A stretch of DNA of 64,000 bases from Sedimentisphaerales bacterium (GCA_963663805.2 CAXXMR010000012.1:480001-544000); one strand, 5' to 3'; counted from the first letter of the stretch, positions 50,466-63,408 are shown. A program made the numbers and translations. The notes: a model not told the origin generated them from the sequence alone.

Positions 50466-51464
50466 ATGAAAACCATCATTAACATAATCATGCTGACAGT
50501 ACTGATATGTATGATTAATCTAGCCGTTGCCGCTGAGACAGGTGCCAACCAGACAGAACCGCCGGAAATAAATCTAGGTGGGCCAACCAACGATAACACT
50601 TCACCTCCGCCCGCACTGGATGACAACCGAAAAGGCTGGGTGGGGCGGGAAGGTAAAAATCGGATGCGGAACATGGCAGGTGAAGAAAGAGGTAATCGTC
50701 GGGGCGTGATGGGCAAGGGGCAATTTGCCCAGGTTTACGGTGAAAAGCTGATGGCGTTCCTCGGTGAACATGCCCCGCCTCTGGCAGAGCGGCTGGAAGG
50801 AATCCGCGAGAAAAACGCTGACGAGTTCAATGTTCAGCTTAATTATCTGGGCCGAATTTTTGGGCCGGTCATGATACAGATGCAGCGGAACCCGGAAATA
50901 GGTCAACTGAGTCTGGATAAAATCCAGATGCGATTGAAAACCGAACAGGCCAAAAGGAATGTAAACTCTGCCGCCCCAGATAATAAAGCCCCGGCAATTG
51001 AAACGCTCAGGGTTAATCTCAATGAGCTGTTCGACCTGATTATCAAGTATGAAGAAACTCAGCTGGTCGAAGGTCAGGAAAATCTCAAACGCTGGGAGAC
51101 CTTTGGTATGCCAGACGGCCTGCCGGATGAGCCAATGCATGAAATGGCAATGGATGGCCCGCCCCCTGTATATCCCGAAGGTGAAGGCCCAGAAGAGTTC
51201 GGGCCGCCCATGCCGCCGATGGGCCAAGATATGCCGGAAATGGGACGCAGAGGCATGGGAGTGGGCCGGCAGATGAGGGGCCGAGCCGAAGACAGAAACC
51301 AGTCGCCGGAAGAAATCGAAAAACGCCTGGCACATATTAATAAAAAAATGGAAGAAAGCCGGGAGCGACTTACGTACTGGAAGAACCACAAGGAAGAAAT
51401 TGTTGGGCAGAGGCTTGACCAGTTACTTAAAGACGAAGAACACCCCTTCCCCTGGGGCAGATGA
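50466..51464 (+). CDS. Secreted helical hypothetical protein with Met/Pro/Gly-rich insert
   Basis: Signal peptide; AAGGA RBS; last gene of the ECF operon. Confidence 0.8.
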   Translation: MKTIINIIMLTVLICMINLAVAAETGANQTEPPEINLGGPTNDNTSPPPALDDNRKGWVGREGKNRMRNMAGEERGNRRGVMGKGQFAQVYGEKLMAFLGEHAPPLAERLEGIREKNADEFNVQLNYLGRIFGPVMIQMQRNPEIGQLSLDKIQMRLKTEQAKRNVNSAAPDNKAPAIETLRVNLNELFDLIIKYEETQLVEGQENLKRWETFGMPDGLPDEPMHEMAMDGPPPVYPEGEGPEEFGPPMPPMGQDMPEMGRRGMGVGRQMRGRAEDRNQSPEEIEKRLAHINKKMEESRERLTYWKNHKEEIVGQRLDQLLKDEEHPFPWGR

Positions 51465-51503
51465 TAGAACTACAATTCCCAAACTTCCTCTTGATAATAA
51501 AGT

Positions 51504-51535
51504 ATGGCCCGACCAAAATCAATTGGTCGGGCCAT
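51504..51535. terminator. 13-bp hairpin ending the ECF operon
   Basis: ATGGCCCGACCAA-N6-TTGGTCGGGCCAT. Confidence 0.7.
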
Positions 51536-51732
51536 TTCTCTGCCGAAAAATAGCGTCCCGGCACGAGTATTGTCAATCCAGGATCCTCCCGGACCGATTA
51601 TCACATTTTCTGCCTATAAACCGGCACTCACCGCGCAGGCGCGGCATACAAAGCCAATTAAGTTATCGGTCATATTAACTTAAAAAGTTTGAAAAATTGT
51701 GCTTAGATTAAAATTTCGGACTGCCCACAATC

Positions 51733-53388
51733 CTAGAAAACCAACTCATCAGAGTGATTCAGGGTTCGATTTATCTGAAACTCAAAATGTTTCCGGAACT
51801 TTGCATCGTTGATTTCAGGATAATCACTGCGATAGTGGACCCCGCGGCTTTCCTGTCTGAGCAGAGCAGCCTGAGCGATAAGGCCGCAGACCGTAAGCAT
51901 ATTCTGACATTCCCACGAGCCAATTTCATCGAATACTTTGTCCATGACATAACGCCGCCAGAAATCAATGATTTCCACGGTTTCAGCGAGCCTTTCGCCG
52001 TTGCGTTCGATACCCACATTACGCCACATTACCGCCCGCAGTGAATTGCGAACATCGTTGATGTCCAGTTCGGTGCGATGGGAGTCGGGGATACTGGTAA
52101 TGATTCTGGTGTGGTAGGGCTCTCCGGCTTCGGAAATTTCGCGGGCGGCATTATCACCACAGATTTTGCCGAAGACCAGGGCTTCCAGCAGTGAATTACT
52201 GGCCAGCCGATTGGCTCCATGCAAACCGGTAGCGGAGGCTTCACCGCAACAGTAAAGGTTATCGACATTGGTACGGCCCTGGACATCGGTTTTGACACCG
52301 CCCACCATGTAGTGGGCACTGGGGCGGACGGGAATAAAATCTTTATCAACATTAATATCGAAAGATTTGCAAACCGCGCCTATTGTGGGGAAGCGCTCTT
52401 CCAGCCATTTCGCGCCGAGATGACGTACATCAAGAAAGACATTTGTCGCCCCGGTTTTCTGCATTTGCTGATTGATAACGCGACTTACAATATCACGGGG
52501 GGCAAGTTCAGCCATTTCGTGATATTCGGGCATAAACCTTTGGCCGCGGCGGTCAACCAGCCAGGCTCCTTCGCCGCGAAGTGCCTCGGTTACCAGAGTT
52601 CGGGCGGCACCAGCGACGTAAAGCGTGGTCGGATGAAACTGCATAAGCTCCAAGTCAGTCAGGACCGCCCCGGCACGATAGGCCATGGCCAGACCGTCAG
52701 CGGTGGCACAAGGCGGATTGGTGGTTTCACGATAGAGACAACCAGCCCCGCCGCTGGCGAGAATGGTTTTGCGAGCCCAGACGCACTGTAAACCATGACG
52801 CGGATGGGAACAAATCACCCCCAGGCAGGTATTCTCCTCGGTCAGCAAATCTATAGCGAAACAATTTTCGAAGATTCGAATCATGGGGTTGACGCGGGCC
52901 TGATTGCTCAGGCTCACCGACAAGGCCCGACCGGTACCGTCACCGTGGGCGTGAGCGACCCGCGAAGCACTGTGGCCGCCTTCGCGACCGGTGGCAATTC
53001 TGCCGTCTTCCATGTCAAAAGGGGTTGACCATTGGGCCAGCTGCTTAATCTGGTCGGGGCCGGACTGGATAACTTTTTCGACAATCTGTTCATCACAAAG
53101 ACCGCAACCTGTCTTTAGAGTGTCTTGAATATGGGCCTGGAAAGTATCGTCTTCCCGCAGTACCACCGCTATACCACCCTGGGCATAGTAGGTGTTGCTC
53201 TCGGTGAGCTTATCTTTGACCAGCATGATAACCGAACCGCCCTGAGCAGCAGCCAGGGCAGCTCGTAGGCCAGCTGCTCCACCGCCAATAACCAGGCAAT
53301 CGGTGTAGAGGTGCCCCAAAGCACGAGTATCAGAACGAATCAAGTAACGGCGGAGTTTTTCTGCTGCGGGCGTCATGTGTCTTTCCAT
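51733..53388 (-). CDS. nadB: L-aspartate oxidase
   Basis: SNTYYAQGGIA, REGGHS, QFHPT, ELAPRDIVSR and GLHGANRLASNSLLE motifs. Confidence 0.95.
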   Translation of the reverse strand: MERHMTPAAEKLRRYLIRSDTRALGHLYTDCLVIGGGAAGLRAALAAAQGGSVIMLVKDKLTESNTYYAQGGIAVVLREDDTFQAHIQDTLKTGCGLCDEQIVEKVIQSGPDQIKQLAQWSTPFDMEDGRIATGREGGHSASRVAHAHGDGTGRALSVSLSNQARVNPMIRIFENCFAIDLLTEENTCLGVICSHPRHGLQCVWARKTILASGGAGCLYRETTNPPCATADGLAMAYRAGAVLTDLELMQFHPTTLYVAGAARTLVTEALRGEGAWLVDRRGQRFMPEYHEMAELAPRDIVSRVINQQMQKTGATNVFLDVRHLGAKWLEERFPTIGAVCKSFDINVDKDFIPVRPSAHYMVGGVKTDVQGRTNVDNLYCCGEASATGLHGANRLASNSLLEALVFGKICGDNAAREISEAGEPYHTRIITSIPDSHRTELDINDVRNSLRAVMWRNVGIERNGERLAETVEIIDFWRRYVMDKVFDEIGSWECQNMLTVCGLIAQAALLRQESRGVHYRSDYPEINDAKFRKHFEFQINRTLNHSDELVF

Positions 53389-53466
53389 TAACTATCCGGT
53401 CAATATTCAAAGAAGATAATTTACCGATGGAAAGAGATTATCAACAGAAAAATATGGCGGGAATTT

Positions 53467-54096
53467 TTAACGCAGCTCGACAAACCAGTAAGCATGGTCG
53501 AGAAACTGCTTCCAGGAGCGATAACGGCCATCCTGAAAATTAAATTCGACAACCGGGCTTCTTTTTGGACGGACCGGCTGAGTTATGAGCTTCATATGGG
53601 CCTGGACGGGAGTACGGCCACCCTTTTTGACATTGCATTCGACACAGGCACAAACGATATTTTCCCATGTGGTCTGCCCACCAAGCCGGCGGGGGACGAC
53701 ATGGTCCAGGCTGAGTTCACTGGTGGCTTTGTGCTTGCCGCAATATTGACAACGGCTGCCGTCACGTGCGTAAACATTGCGCCGGTTTAGAGTTACCTTC
53801 CGTTTGGGCAGATGGTCATAAAAGAGCAGGCGGATAATTCGCGGCACCGCGATGCTGAGTTTGACGGTATGCACCCAGTCATGTTCCTGCGGTGCGAATT
53901 GCTGGCGCATCTGGGAGACTTCGATCCAGCTGGAAAAATCATAATTGCTGTATTGCCCGGAGTCACAGACAATTACTTCCGCGAGGCTGCGGGAAAGTAG
54001 GGAGAACGCCCGCTTCGCATCGGTGATGCGTACGGCCATGTAATGCTTGTTGAGTACCAACACATGGCTGTTCAGAGCTGATGCTACCGTGGTCAT
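53467..54096 (-). CDS. HNH endonuclease (stand-alone, McrA-like)
   Basis: VLVLN, RD..CQYCG, LDHVVPR and CVECNVKKG motifs. Confidence 0.92.
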   Translation of the reverse strand: MTTVASALNSHVLVLNKHYMAVRITDAKRAFSLLSRSLAEVIVCDSGQYSNYDFSSWIEVSQMRQQFAPQEHDWVHTVKLSIAVPRIIRLLFYDHLPKRKVTLNRRNVYARDGSRCQYCGKHKATSELSLDHVVPRRLGGQTTWENIVCACVECNVKKGGRTPVQAHMKLITQPVRPKRSPVVEFNFQDGRYRSWKQFLDHAYWFVELR

Positions 54097-54611
54097 ACCA
54101 ACTCCTGCCTTTCGGGACCATCAGGTCAATCCGACAATGCGGGCCGGGTTCATTTTCGGCCACAAAAGTCCAGAGGACCACAGTGCCGTATTAACCACAA
54201 AATTCGCAAACTTCTTATATCATACGATATATCTTCGCACAAGCGAAATGCCGCTTTAATCGGCGGTAAACGCTTTTTATTCCTGCCAAAATGACAGCTT
54301 TTTTACAATTTCTTCTTTTCAAAAGATAGTGAAAATAAAATTATATTTTATAAGTCTTTTATTAAAAAAACGTTAGGTTTATTCCGGTTTTAACTGGCAC
54401 GTCTTTTGTTGTATAGGTAGGTGTGATATGAAATATGGCTGGCAGAGGCCAACCGAAAAAGTGAATATATGAAAAAAATCCTGAAGCCCGTTCGATACTG
54501 CCACACGGTGCCAAGTTCTGTGAAGATTAGTGTTTTTGGGATTCTCCTTTCTGTGTTTTGGATACCTGAGTATCTGAATGAACGACAAGAGCCGTCACGA
54601 TTGTCCCGTGT

Positions 54612-55579
54612 TTATCGTGGCGGCTTCTCTGTTTTTCCAGGGTCTTTAACGTTTCGCAGACAAATTTGGGCATTCCTTTTGAGCTTGTCCAGGCCGAGGC
54701 GATGGATGGGGGTGTTCTGATATTTCCGGTCAAACTGTTTGGGGGTCAACCGTTCTATCTCGTCCAGAATGACAAAAGCCAATTCTGGATTTGTCTGAAA
54801 TTCCGGCGTGGAACTTTCCCGCGGACCTTGATTGTGTGGGCACACCTCCTGACAAATATCACAACCGAAAACCCTGTCGCTTATCAGGGTCTCAAAGTCT
54901 TCCGGGATGGGGGCGGGGTTTTCAATGGTTTGATAGGAGATACAGCGACTCGCGTTAAGGATACGGGGCTGAACCAATGCTTTGGCAGGACAGACATCCA
55001 GGCATTTCCGGCAATTACCGCAGAGGCTTTCGGCCGGTAAGTCATTCTCCAGCGGCAGGTCGGTAACTATCTCGCCCAAGACCAACCAGGAACCGTACTG
55101 TTGATTTATCAACAAACCATTCTTGCCTATCCAACCCAAGCCGGCTTGAGCAGCGTAATATTTTTCGAGTAGGGGGGCGGTATCAACAAAAGCACGAAAG
55201 TTATATTTGCTGTCCGTTTTGTCTTTTAAGCGATTTATTAAACGACGCAGTTTGTTTTTTAGAACTTCATGATAATCCGTTCGCCGGGCATAACGAGAGA
55301 TACGTCCAGCGGGAACAAAGGCAGGTGAAATTTGTTCGGCGTAAAAATAACTTAACGCCACACAGATAACTGCGGTCGCACCGGAAACCAGCCGGGTCAC
55401 GTCGATTCGTTTTTCAAGATTGCGGGACATGTAGACCATGTTGCCCGCAAATCCGCGCGACAGATAATTACCAAGTGCCTCCGCGTGTAAATCCGGGACA
55501 GGGCCAGCCTGAGCGATACCGACAAGTTCAAATCCACATTCGTGTCCCCATTTTTTTACGGTCGCTCGGTCGATGGTCA

Positions 55580-55580
<1 letters not shown>
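54612..55580 (-). CDS. queG: Epoxyqueuosine reductase
   Basis: DYH, VDTAPLLE, AGLGWIGKN, CGNCRKCLDVCP and GCDICQEVCP motifs; TAATG overlap with gyrB. Confidence 0.95.
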
Positions 55581-58090
<2,510 letters not shown>

Positions 58091-58105
58091 CTATCGGGGT
58101 TCAAA

Positions 58106-58459
58106 CTATATTAGACCCCGAACAAGTTTAATTTCGTTTATGGTCACTCCGGGACATTTCTTTTTCAGCTGTCCCACTAAATCTTCACGTACCAGCCAAT
58201 CGAGTTCCTGCAGGTGAGCAGAGCTGTCTACCAGCACCCGCAATCTTCCCAAACGTAAACTGTCGGGGCAACTATGACTGGTCAACTCCGGCGGCAATAG
58301 TTCCTGCCAGGCCTGCTGCACTTTCGTGAGTTTCGTCTGGCGCGGCCTGACAACATTATCCAGTAATCCATCGAGCCACTGCGAAACGGTACGGTCCCGG
58401 CGAGCTCTTTGGCGATTATTAAAAACGTTTTTTAGCTTTTCATCGGTCCAGCGATACAC
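58106..58459 (-). CDS. DUF721/DciA-like protein
   Basis: Between dnaN and gyrB; AWQEL...LRVLVDSS...EL pattern. Confidence 0.8.
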   Translation of the reverse strand: MYRWTDEKLKNVFNNRQRARRDRTVSQWLDGLLDNVVRPRQTKLTKVQQAWQELLPPELTSHSCPDSLRLGRLRVLVDSSAHLQELDWLVREDLVGQLKKKCPGVTINEIKLVRGLI

Positions 58460-58462
58460 TTT

Positions 58463-59566
58463 TTACACCGTAACCGGCATGAGCACATACAAAAAATCCT
58501 TGCCCGCCCGAATCAAAGCGGGCTTGGCACTCTCACTAAATTCACAAACCAGTTCCGGCTCATCGATAACCCGCAACATCTCCAACAGATAAACCGGATT
58601 GAAACCTATCTTCAAAGGTGTACCGTCATATTTCACGGGCATCCGAATTTCCGCGTCACCGGCTTCCGGGGCATAAGAGGAAAGACACACCTCGTCAGTC
58701 TCAAACGCCATTTCGATACCTTTGGACTGCTCATTGGTCAGCAAAGCAACTCGCCGCACCGCACTGCGTAAAACTTCGCAACCCAACTGAGCTTTTTTGT
58801 CACAGCCGGTGGGAACCACATCAGCATACTTGGGAAACCTGCCCTGAACCAGAGTGCCGGAAAGCTCGACCACCGCGGTACGCAAAATAATATGATTGCT
58901 GGAAAGAGTAACTTCGATTTTCTCTTCCGGGTCGCCAATAATACGCTCGATAATCTGCATGAACTTGAGAGGAACGATGGCACTTGCCTCGCTGTCCGTG
59001 TCAGCTTCCAGGATTTTTCCATCTATCATGGCTAAACGCCGGCCATCGGTAGCCACCATACGCAATTTCTTGCCATGCTGTTCCCAGAGTACCCCGTTAA
59101 TCGCATAACGAGTATTTTCCCGCGCGGTCGAAAAAGCTGTCAGATGAACCATACGTCTCAAGGTCGCCGCTTGAATAATCAGCGGCTTATCATCGCCAAG
59201 TTCCGATAATTCAGGAAAGTCGTCCGGGTCATGGCCGTAAATGTGAAAGCGACTGTCTTTGCCCTTAACCTCACAAGTAGATTCTTTGACTTCCAGGCTG
59301 ATGGTATCATCCTGACTTTCACGCAGGATAGCGGTAATGCGGTCAGCGGGAATAACCGCCGTACCAGCACTGGCAACCTCAACCTGGGGCAAAATACAAC
59401 GAACATTTATCTCACCGTCGGTAGCCTCAACGGTAAGTTTGTTCCCCTCGTCCGAAGCGAAAAGTTTCGCACATTGCAGTATTGGTTTGGGGGTCCTGGC
59501 TGGTACAATCGAAGAAGCCAGCTGGGCCGCCTCACACAAAGCCGCTCGATTACATGTTACATTCAT
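58463..59566 (-). CDS. dnaN: DNA polymerase III beta clamp
   Basis: RYAINGV, VATDGRRL, GRFPKY, GFNPVY and YVLMP motifs. Confidence 0.98.
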   Translation of the reverse strand: MNVTCNRAALCEAAQLASSIVPARTPKPILQCAKLFASDEGNKLTVEATDGEINVRCILPQVEVASAGTAVIPADRITAILRESQDDTISLEVKESTCEVKGKDSRFHIYGHDPDDFPELSELGDDKPLIIQAATLRRMVHLTAFSTARENTRYAINGVLWEQHGKKLRMVATDGRRLAMIDGKILEADTDSEASAIVPLKFMQIIERIIGDPEEKIEVTLSSNHIILRTAVVELSGTLVQGRFPKYADVVPTGCDKKAQLGCEVLRSAVRRVALLTNEQSKGIEMAFETDEVCLSSYAPEAGDAEIRMPVKYDGTPLKIGFNPVYLLEMLRVIDEPELVCEFSESAKPALIRAGKDFLYVLMPVTV

Positions 59567-59589
59567 TACCCAATCCCTCGCAAATTGAC

Positions 59590-59880
59590 TTGCTCTATTA
59601 TTATCCTAATTAATTATTTTAAACTCGTATTAGTATTCATATAGTTTGTGAAACCTGTGGCTTTTGCAATTGCGGGATTGTAACCGAAAACCAGAGAGAT
59701 GTTTAGCAAAAAAATAGCTCCGTGAATAAACTGTTGGCAACCCTGAGAGAAAGACTGTGGGAAATCTTGGTTTATTAACACCCAGGCTGTCCCAGTACTG
59801 TCAGCTGTGAGGGGGGGGTTACAAACAGGGTAGTTCTTTACAGGTTATACACCCCGCTTAACAGTACTGATAACAGGGGT
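59590..59880. other. Candidate oriC
   Basis: AT-rich trinucleotide-like tract next to dnaN followed by about 10 degenerate DnaA boxes (e.g. CGTGAATAA 59721, TGTGGGAAA 59757, TTATTAACA 59772, TTATACACC 59845). Confidence 0.6.
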
Positions 59881-59891
59881 TAGGGCTGTTT

Positions 59892-61097
59892 TCAGTATAG
59901 ATATTTGGTCACATCGAAGTCCCCCACCAGGGCGATATGAAGGTCAGGGCAAGCCGCCAGGGTAATATCCGAATCTTTATCTTCGTTTTTTTCTTTACCG
60001 TCAGTTTGTTTGTTTGCAGGCTCAACAGCCAGTTCAGGATTTATAGGTCTGACCAGGGGACGGCAGGGGTCATTTTCGTTAAGTTCTGTAACGACAACAA
60101 CTTGACCGTTATTGAGGGTGACCATCTCGCCCAGACCGAACGGAGGAATGGTTTCCATAAAAATTCGATAAACATCCGGGTCAAACCATTCGGCGTAACC
60201 TTTTTTCCTCAAACGATTTATGGCAACAACCGGTGGGGCCGTTGAACCATCGGGCAAATGTCTCAGACCGTCGAACCGGTCACAAATCGCCGCAATGCGA
60301 CAGAAAGCGTGGATTTCCTCACCGGACAGAGTCTGGACCGGCTCTTTGCCGCCGGGTAGACATTTCCTCTTGGGAAAACCGCTGCCGTCATAATGCTGAT
60401 GGTGATTAAATACGATTTGTCCAGCGGTAGCGGGTAAACCCCCGTGAATCATGTCATATCCATATTCGGTATGCTTCTGCCATTGGGGGCTGCCTAAATC
60501 GCTGGCGGTTAAGTGAAAATCACGTAACTCCTCAGAAATCATCAATTTACCAATATCATGGAGCAGACAGCCAACCCCCAAATCTATCAGGTCGGTCGCC
60601 TGGCGGGCGGAGACTTTACTGCGGTTGCGAACCAGGAAAGTTTCCAGCCGCATACCCACCACCAAGGCCAGGTAAGCTACGGTGACGCCATGCTTAAAAA
60701 CATCTGAGCCCTCGGTCTGAAGCTGGTCGAGAAAGACAGTCTGATGGCTGTCTGTCCGCAGCATATGATGGAACAACTCACCAACCTGATTGATATATTG
60801 GCGATAATCGACATTTGCCAGACTAAGTTCCTGGCTGGTGGCGAACTGGCCTTTAAGCTCTTTATAAAGCTCTTGGTGAGAAGAGATTACCTTGCTGTCA
60901 ATAAGTTCATCGAGGAAATCCAGTTTGGGATATTTAACCCAGATACTATTGACTTTGAGGCTGCGGAGACGTTTGGTATGCTCCTCTTCCAGCTTGAAAC
61001 CAGCCTTGAGGAGGGTTAAGTCCAGAGACTCCGGGTTGGGTATCGACCGGGCCAGAACCATGCCGGGCCGTGCATCTTGTATAGCTACTTTTAACAT
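59892..61097 (-). CDS. HD-GYP domain phosphodiesterase
   Basis: LLHDIGK, NHHQHYDGSGFP and CDRFDG motifs; N-terminal RPGMVLAR. Confidence 0.88.
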   Translation of the reverse strand: MLKVAIQDARPGMVLARSIPNPESLDLTLLKAGFKLEEEHTKRLRSLKVNSIWVKYPKLDFLDELIDSKVISSHQELYKELKGQFATSQELSLANVDYRQYINQVGELFHHMLRTDSHQTVFLDQLQTEGSDVFKHGVTVAYLALVVGMRLETFLVRNRSKVSARQATDLIDLGVGCLLHDIGKLMISEELRDFHLTASDLGSPQWQKHTEYGYDMIHGGLPATAGQIVFNHHQHYDGSGFPKRKCLPGGKEPVQTLSGEEIHAFCRIAAICDRFDGLRHLPDGSTAPPVVAINRLRKKGYAEWFDPDVYRIFMETIPPFGLGEMVTLNNGQVVVVTELNENDPCRPLVRPINPELAVEPANKQTDGKEKNEDKDSDITLAACPDLHIALVGDFDVTKYLY

Positions 61098-61142
61098 GTG
61101 TCACAACCTGCCGCATGTATCATACGGACCTTCCTAATATAA

Positions 61143-61170
61143 TTATCGGCAATTAAAATGCTCAACTAAA
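61143..61170 (-). promoter_or_regulatory. Possible sigma28 (FliA)-type promoter of the HD-GYP gene
   Basis: TTAG-N15-GCCGATAA on the minus strand; exact -10, imperfect -35. Confidence 0.5.
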
Positions 61171-61209
61171 GGTCCCAATAGTCTCTTACAAATGAAATTT
61201 TACGCAAAA

Positions 61210-61287
61210 GGGCAACAATTTACCAGAGCCGCGCACGTAAGCAAGCGGTGCCGTTAAAAATCCGCGGTTAAATATTTTTGTTGTTTA
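61210..61287 (-). repeat. Copy of the dispersed repeat family
   Basis: GGCAACAATTTACCAGAGCCGCGCACGTAAGCAAGCGGTGCCGTTAAAAATCCGCGGTTAAATATT aligns to 42863-42962. Confidence 0.85.
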
Positions 61288-61308
61288 TGTTGTTTTGAAT
61301 TTTTGAGA

Positions 61309-61896
61309 TTAGAATTTCCAGTTTATCTGGCTTAGGTCCTTGCCAGCCTGAAAACTTAGATTCAGGGCATCAGAACAGCTCTGGATTTCACCAGCCTTGT
61401 CAATATGTTCAAATAACAGGTTGTCCACATAGTTTACACCAAGTGAATCGAACCACCATTTCATAGTTATTTTAGCGCCGGCGAACACTTTTTCCCCCCG
61501 TGTGCCGCCTACGGAGATGAAAATACCCTTACGGTGGGGGGCTTCTGTCGGCGGCGGCTGGGTCTTCAGGACGTATCGGCGGGCCCAGAAAACCTGGCAG
61601 CGGTCAATCATAACCTTCGCCTGAGCACAATGAGCCATGAAATATATGGGGCTTGCCAAAATTATACAGCGGGCCTTTTCTAGCCTATCAATCACATCAG
61701 CCATATCGTCTTTGATGACGCAATGTCCGTGTTTTAGACAATAATCACAATGTTTACAAGGCTTTATGTCAAGTTTGGTCAGGTCGATTTTCTCCGTCGC
61801 CAGCCCTCCCTCGCTGGCCCCACGCAGCAACTCCTCCAGCAGCAAAGTTGTATTGCTGTTACGCCTGGGGCTCGAAGCTAAACCTAAGACATCCAT
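61309..61896 (-). CDS. Iron-sulfur flavoprotein / flavodoxin family
   Basis: SSPRRNSNT, CKHCDYC..HC..DDM and ASPIYF motifs. Confidence 0.9.
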   Translation of the reverse strand: MDVLGLASSPRRNSNTTLLLEELLRGASEGGLATEKIDLTKLDIKPCKHCDYCLKHGHCVIKDDMADVIDRLEKARCIILASPIYFMAHCAQAKVMIDRCQVFWARRYVLKTQPPPTEAPHRKGIFISVGGTRGEKVFAGAKITMKWWFDSLGVNYVDNLLFEHIDKAGEIQSCSDALNLSFQAGKDLSQINWKF

Positions 61897-61937
61897 AAAA
61901 GGGGTCAAATCTCTTTTTTCCTAATCAAAAACTCCAC

Positions 61938-62840
61938 TCATGATACGGCCATACGTTCTTCAGCCACAACTTTGAGTTTGCCCAAAGCCTTATTCTGAAT
62001 CTGTCGGATACGTTCCTTGGTCAGACCCAATTTAGCCCCTACCTCTTTGAGTGTCAAAGGCTTATCATCTTCGCCTTTACCATTGTCATCCAGCGAAAAC
62101 CGCATTTTCACTACTGCCCGTTCAATTTCGCTCAACTCCGCCAGATTTTCACGCACAATAACCCTGACTTCCTCCACCCAGTCTTCGTGAGTTTCTTCCC
62201 GGCACTGTTCCAGATAGTCATCCCGCTCCAGAGAGGGATCCCACTGAGCAGGGAACATGCCCCGATAGCGATAATTTTGCTTGGACGCCCGAGAAAAACT
62301 TTTCAGAATCGCCCGGCAGGCATAGGTGCTGAACTTCCACCCTAATGCGCAATCGAACTTCTCAGACGCTCTCAATAAAGCCATACTCCCTTCGCTCACC
62401 AGGTCGGTGAATTCAACCGTCGGATAGCTAACCCTTTTTGCCATAGAAAGTACCAGACCCAAATTCCCCGAAACAATCTGGCTTTGAACATCGCAGCTCA
62501 ACTGATACCAAGCCTGAAGCTCCTTGATTTTGCTCAAAGGCCAGTCCTTATCACGCAGAATAGACTTGCGAACCTGCTCCATCTTATAACGGGCATAGTT
62601 GAACTGGAGAAAGAGAGTAATCTCATCTTCCAGGCACAGATTCTCATTTGCTACTGCCTCAACCTCCCGCTCCATAATCTCCTTCATAACCGAAGGCCGG
62701 CGAAAACGGTCGTCGTACATGCAATCCGTCTCGTCGGACAGAAGTTTTCCCAGTAATTGCTTCTGGGCCAGGGGTATTCGCAAGGCCGAGAGTTTCTCAG
62801 CGTTTCGAACGCTTAACTTTTCGCGGTTTTTCTTCTTCAT
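61938..62840 (-). CDS. Alternative sigma70-family factor
   Basis: Region 2 NLGLV...DLVSEG...KFSTYA; region 4 TLKEVG...TKERIRQIQ. Confidence 0.92.
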   Translation of the reverse strand: MKKKNREKLSVRNAEKLSALRIPLAQKQLLGKLLSDETDCMYDDRFRRPSVMKEIMEREVEAVANENLCLEDEITLFLQFNYARYKMEQVRKSILRDKDWPLSKIKELQAWYQLSCDVQSQIVSGNLGLVLSMAKRVSYPTVEFTDLVSEGSMALLRASEKFDCALGWKFSTYACRAILKSFSRASKQNYRYRGMFPAQWDPSLERDDYLEQCREETHEDWVEEVRVIVRENLAELSEIERAVVKMRFSLDDNGKGEDDKPLTLKEVGAKLGLTKERIRQIQNKALGKLKVVAEERMAVS

Positions 62841-62903
62841 GGCTGCATCCTTCTTATCATGGTTGTGGTTAAAATTCCATTCAACCTCTCAGGTTTACTA
62901 ATA

Positions 62904-62920
62904 AGCAATCAGTATGCCTG
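62904..62920 (-). promoter_or_regulatory. sigma54 -24/-12 promoter of the sigma-factor gene
   Basis: CAGGCAT-ACTGA-TTGCT (GG-N10-GC), about 64 bp upstream of the ATG. Confidence 0.65.
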
Positions 62921-63391
62921 TTCAGACAAAAAAATAATTATCGGACAATAAAGCCTCTAACTGTTTGTAAATAAGCAAGTTAAACATAATAAATCTATAA
63001 TTTTTTTTTGGCCAACCAAAGACAACTGTCTCATTCGTGCTATAACGAGACAGTTTCGCTGTCATTCAAATTCGCCTGACAACAACATTATTAAGGTAAC
63101 TTGTTTTTTAAAAAGAGTTTACATTTTTAAGGTCAATATATTTGTTATTGTGAGACATATTTATTTTCTACTGAGACACTAGCCTTTTTAGGCCGTAACT
63201 ACTTGTAAAATAAAAGATGCTCTATATAAAACAGATGTCTGCCGGACAAATAAAGTGTCTCAATATAGAATCAGGAGAGACAGATAACTCGCCTGACACA
63301 CCCTGTAATATAATCCCTGGAAGAATGTTTTGTTACACAATCGATTTATTAGCAATAGGTTATATAAAAACTTTTGGGATGGTTTAAGGGG

Positions 63392-63408
63392 TTGGCACAT
63401 CATTTGCA
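63392..63408 (+). promoter_or_regulatory. sigma54 -24/-12 promoter
   Basis: TTGGCAC-ATCAT-TTGCA, near-consensus, 40 bp upstream of ORF 63449. Confidence 0.8.

Noticed and set aside
53467..54096. HNH gene as an IscB/Cas9-like or mobile nuclease
   Set aside because: No RuvC motifs, flanking repeats or compositional anomaly; resembles a common stand-alone HNH protein.
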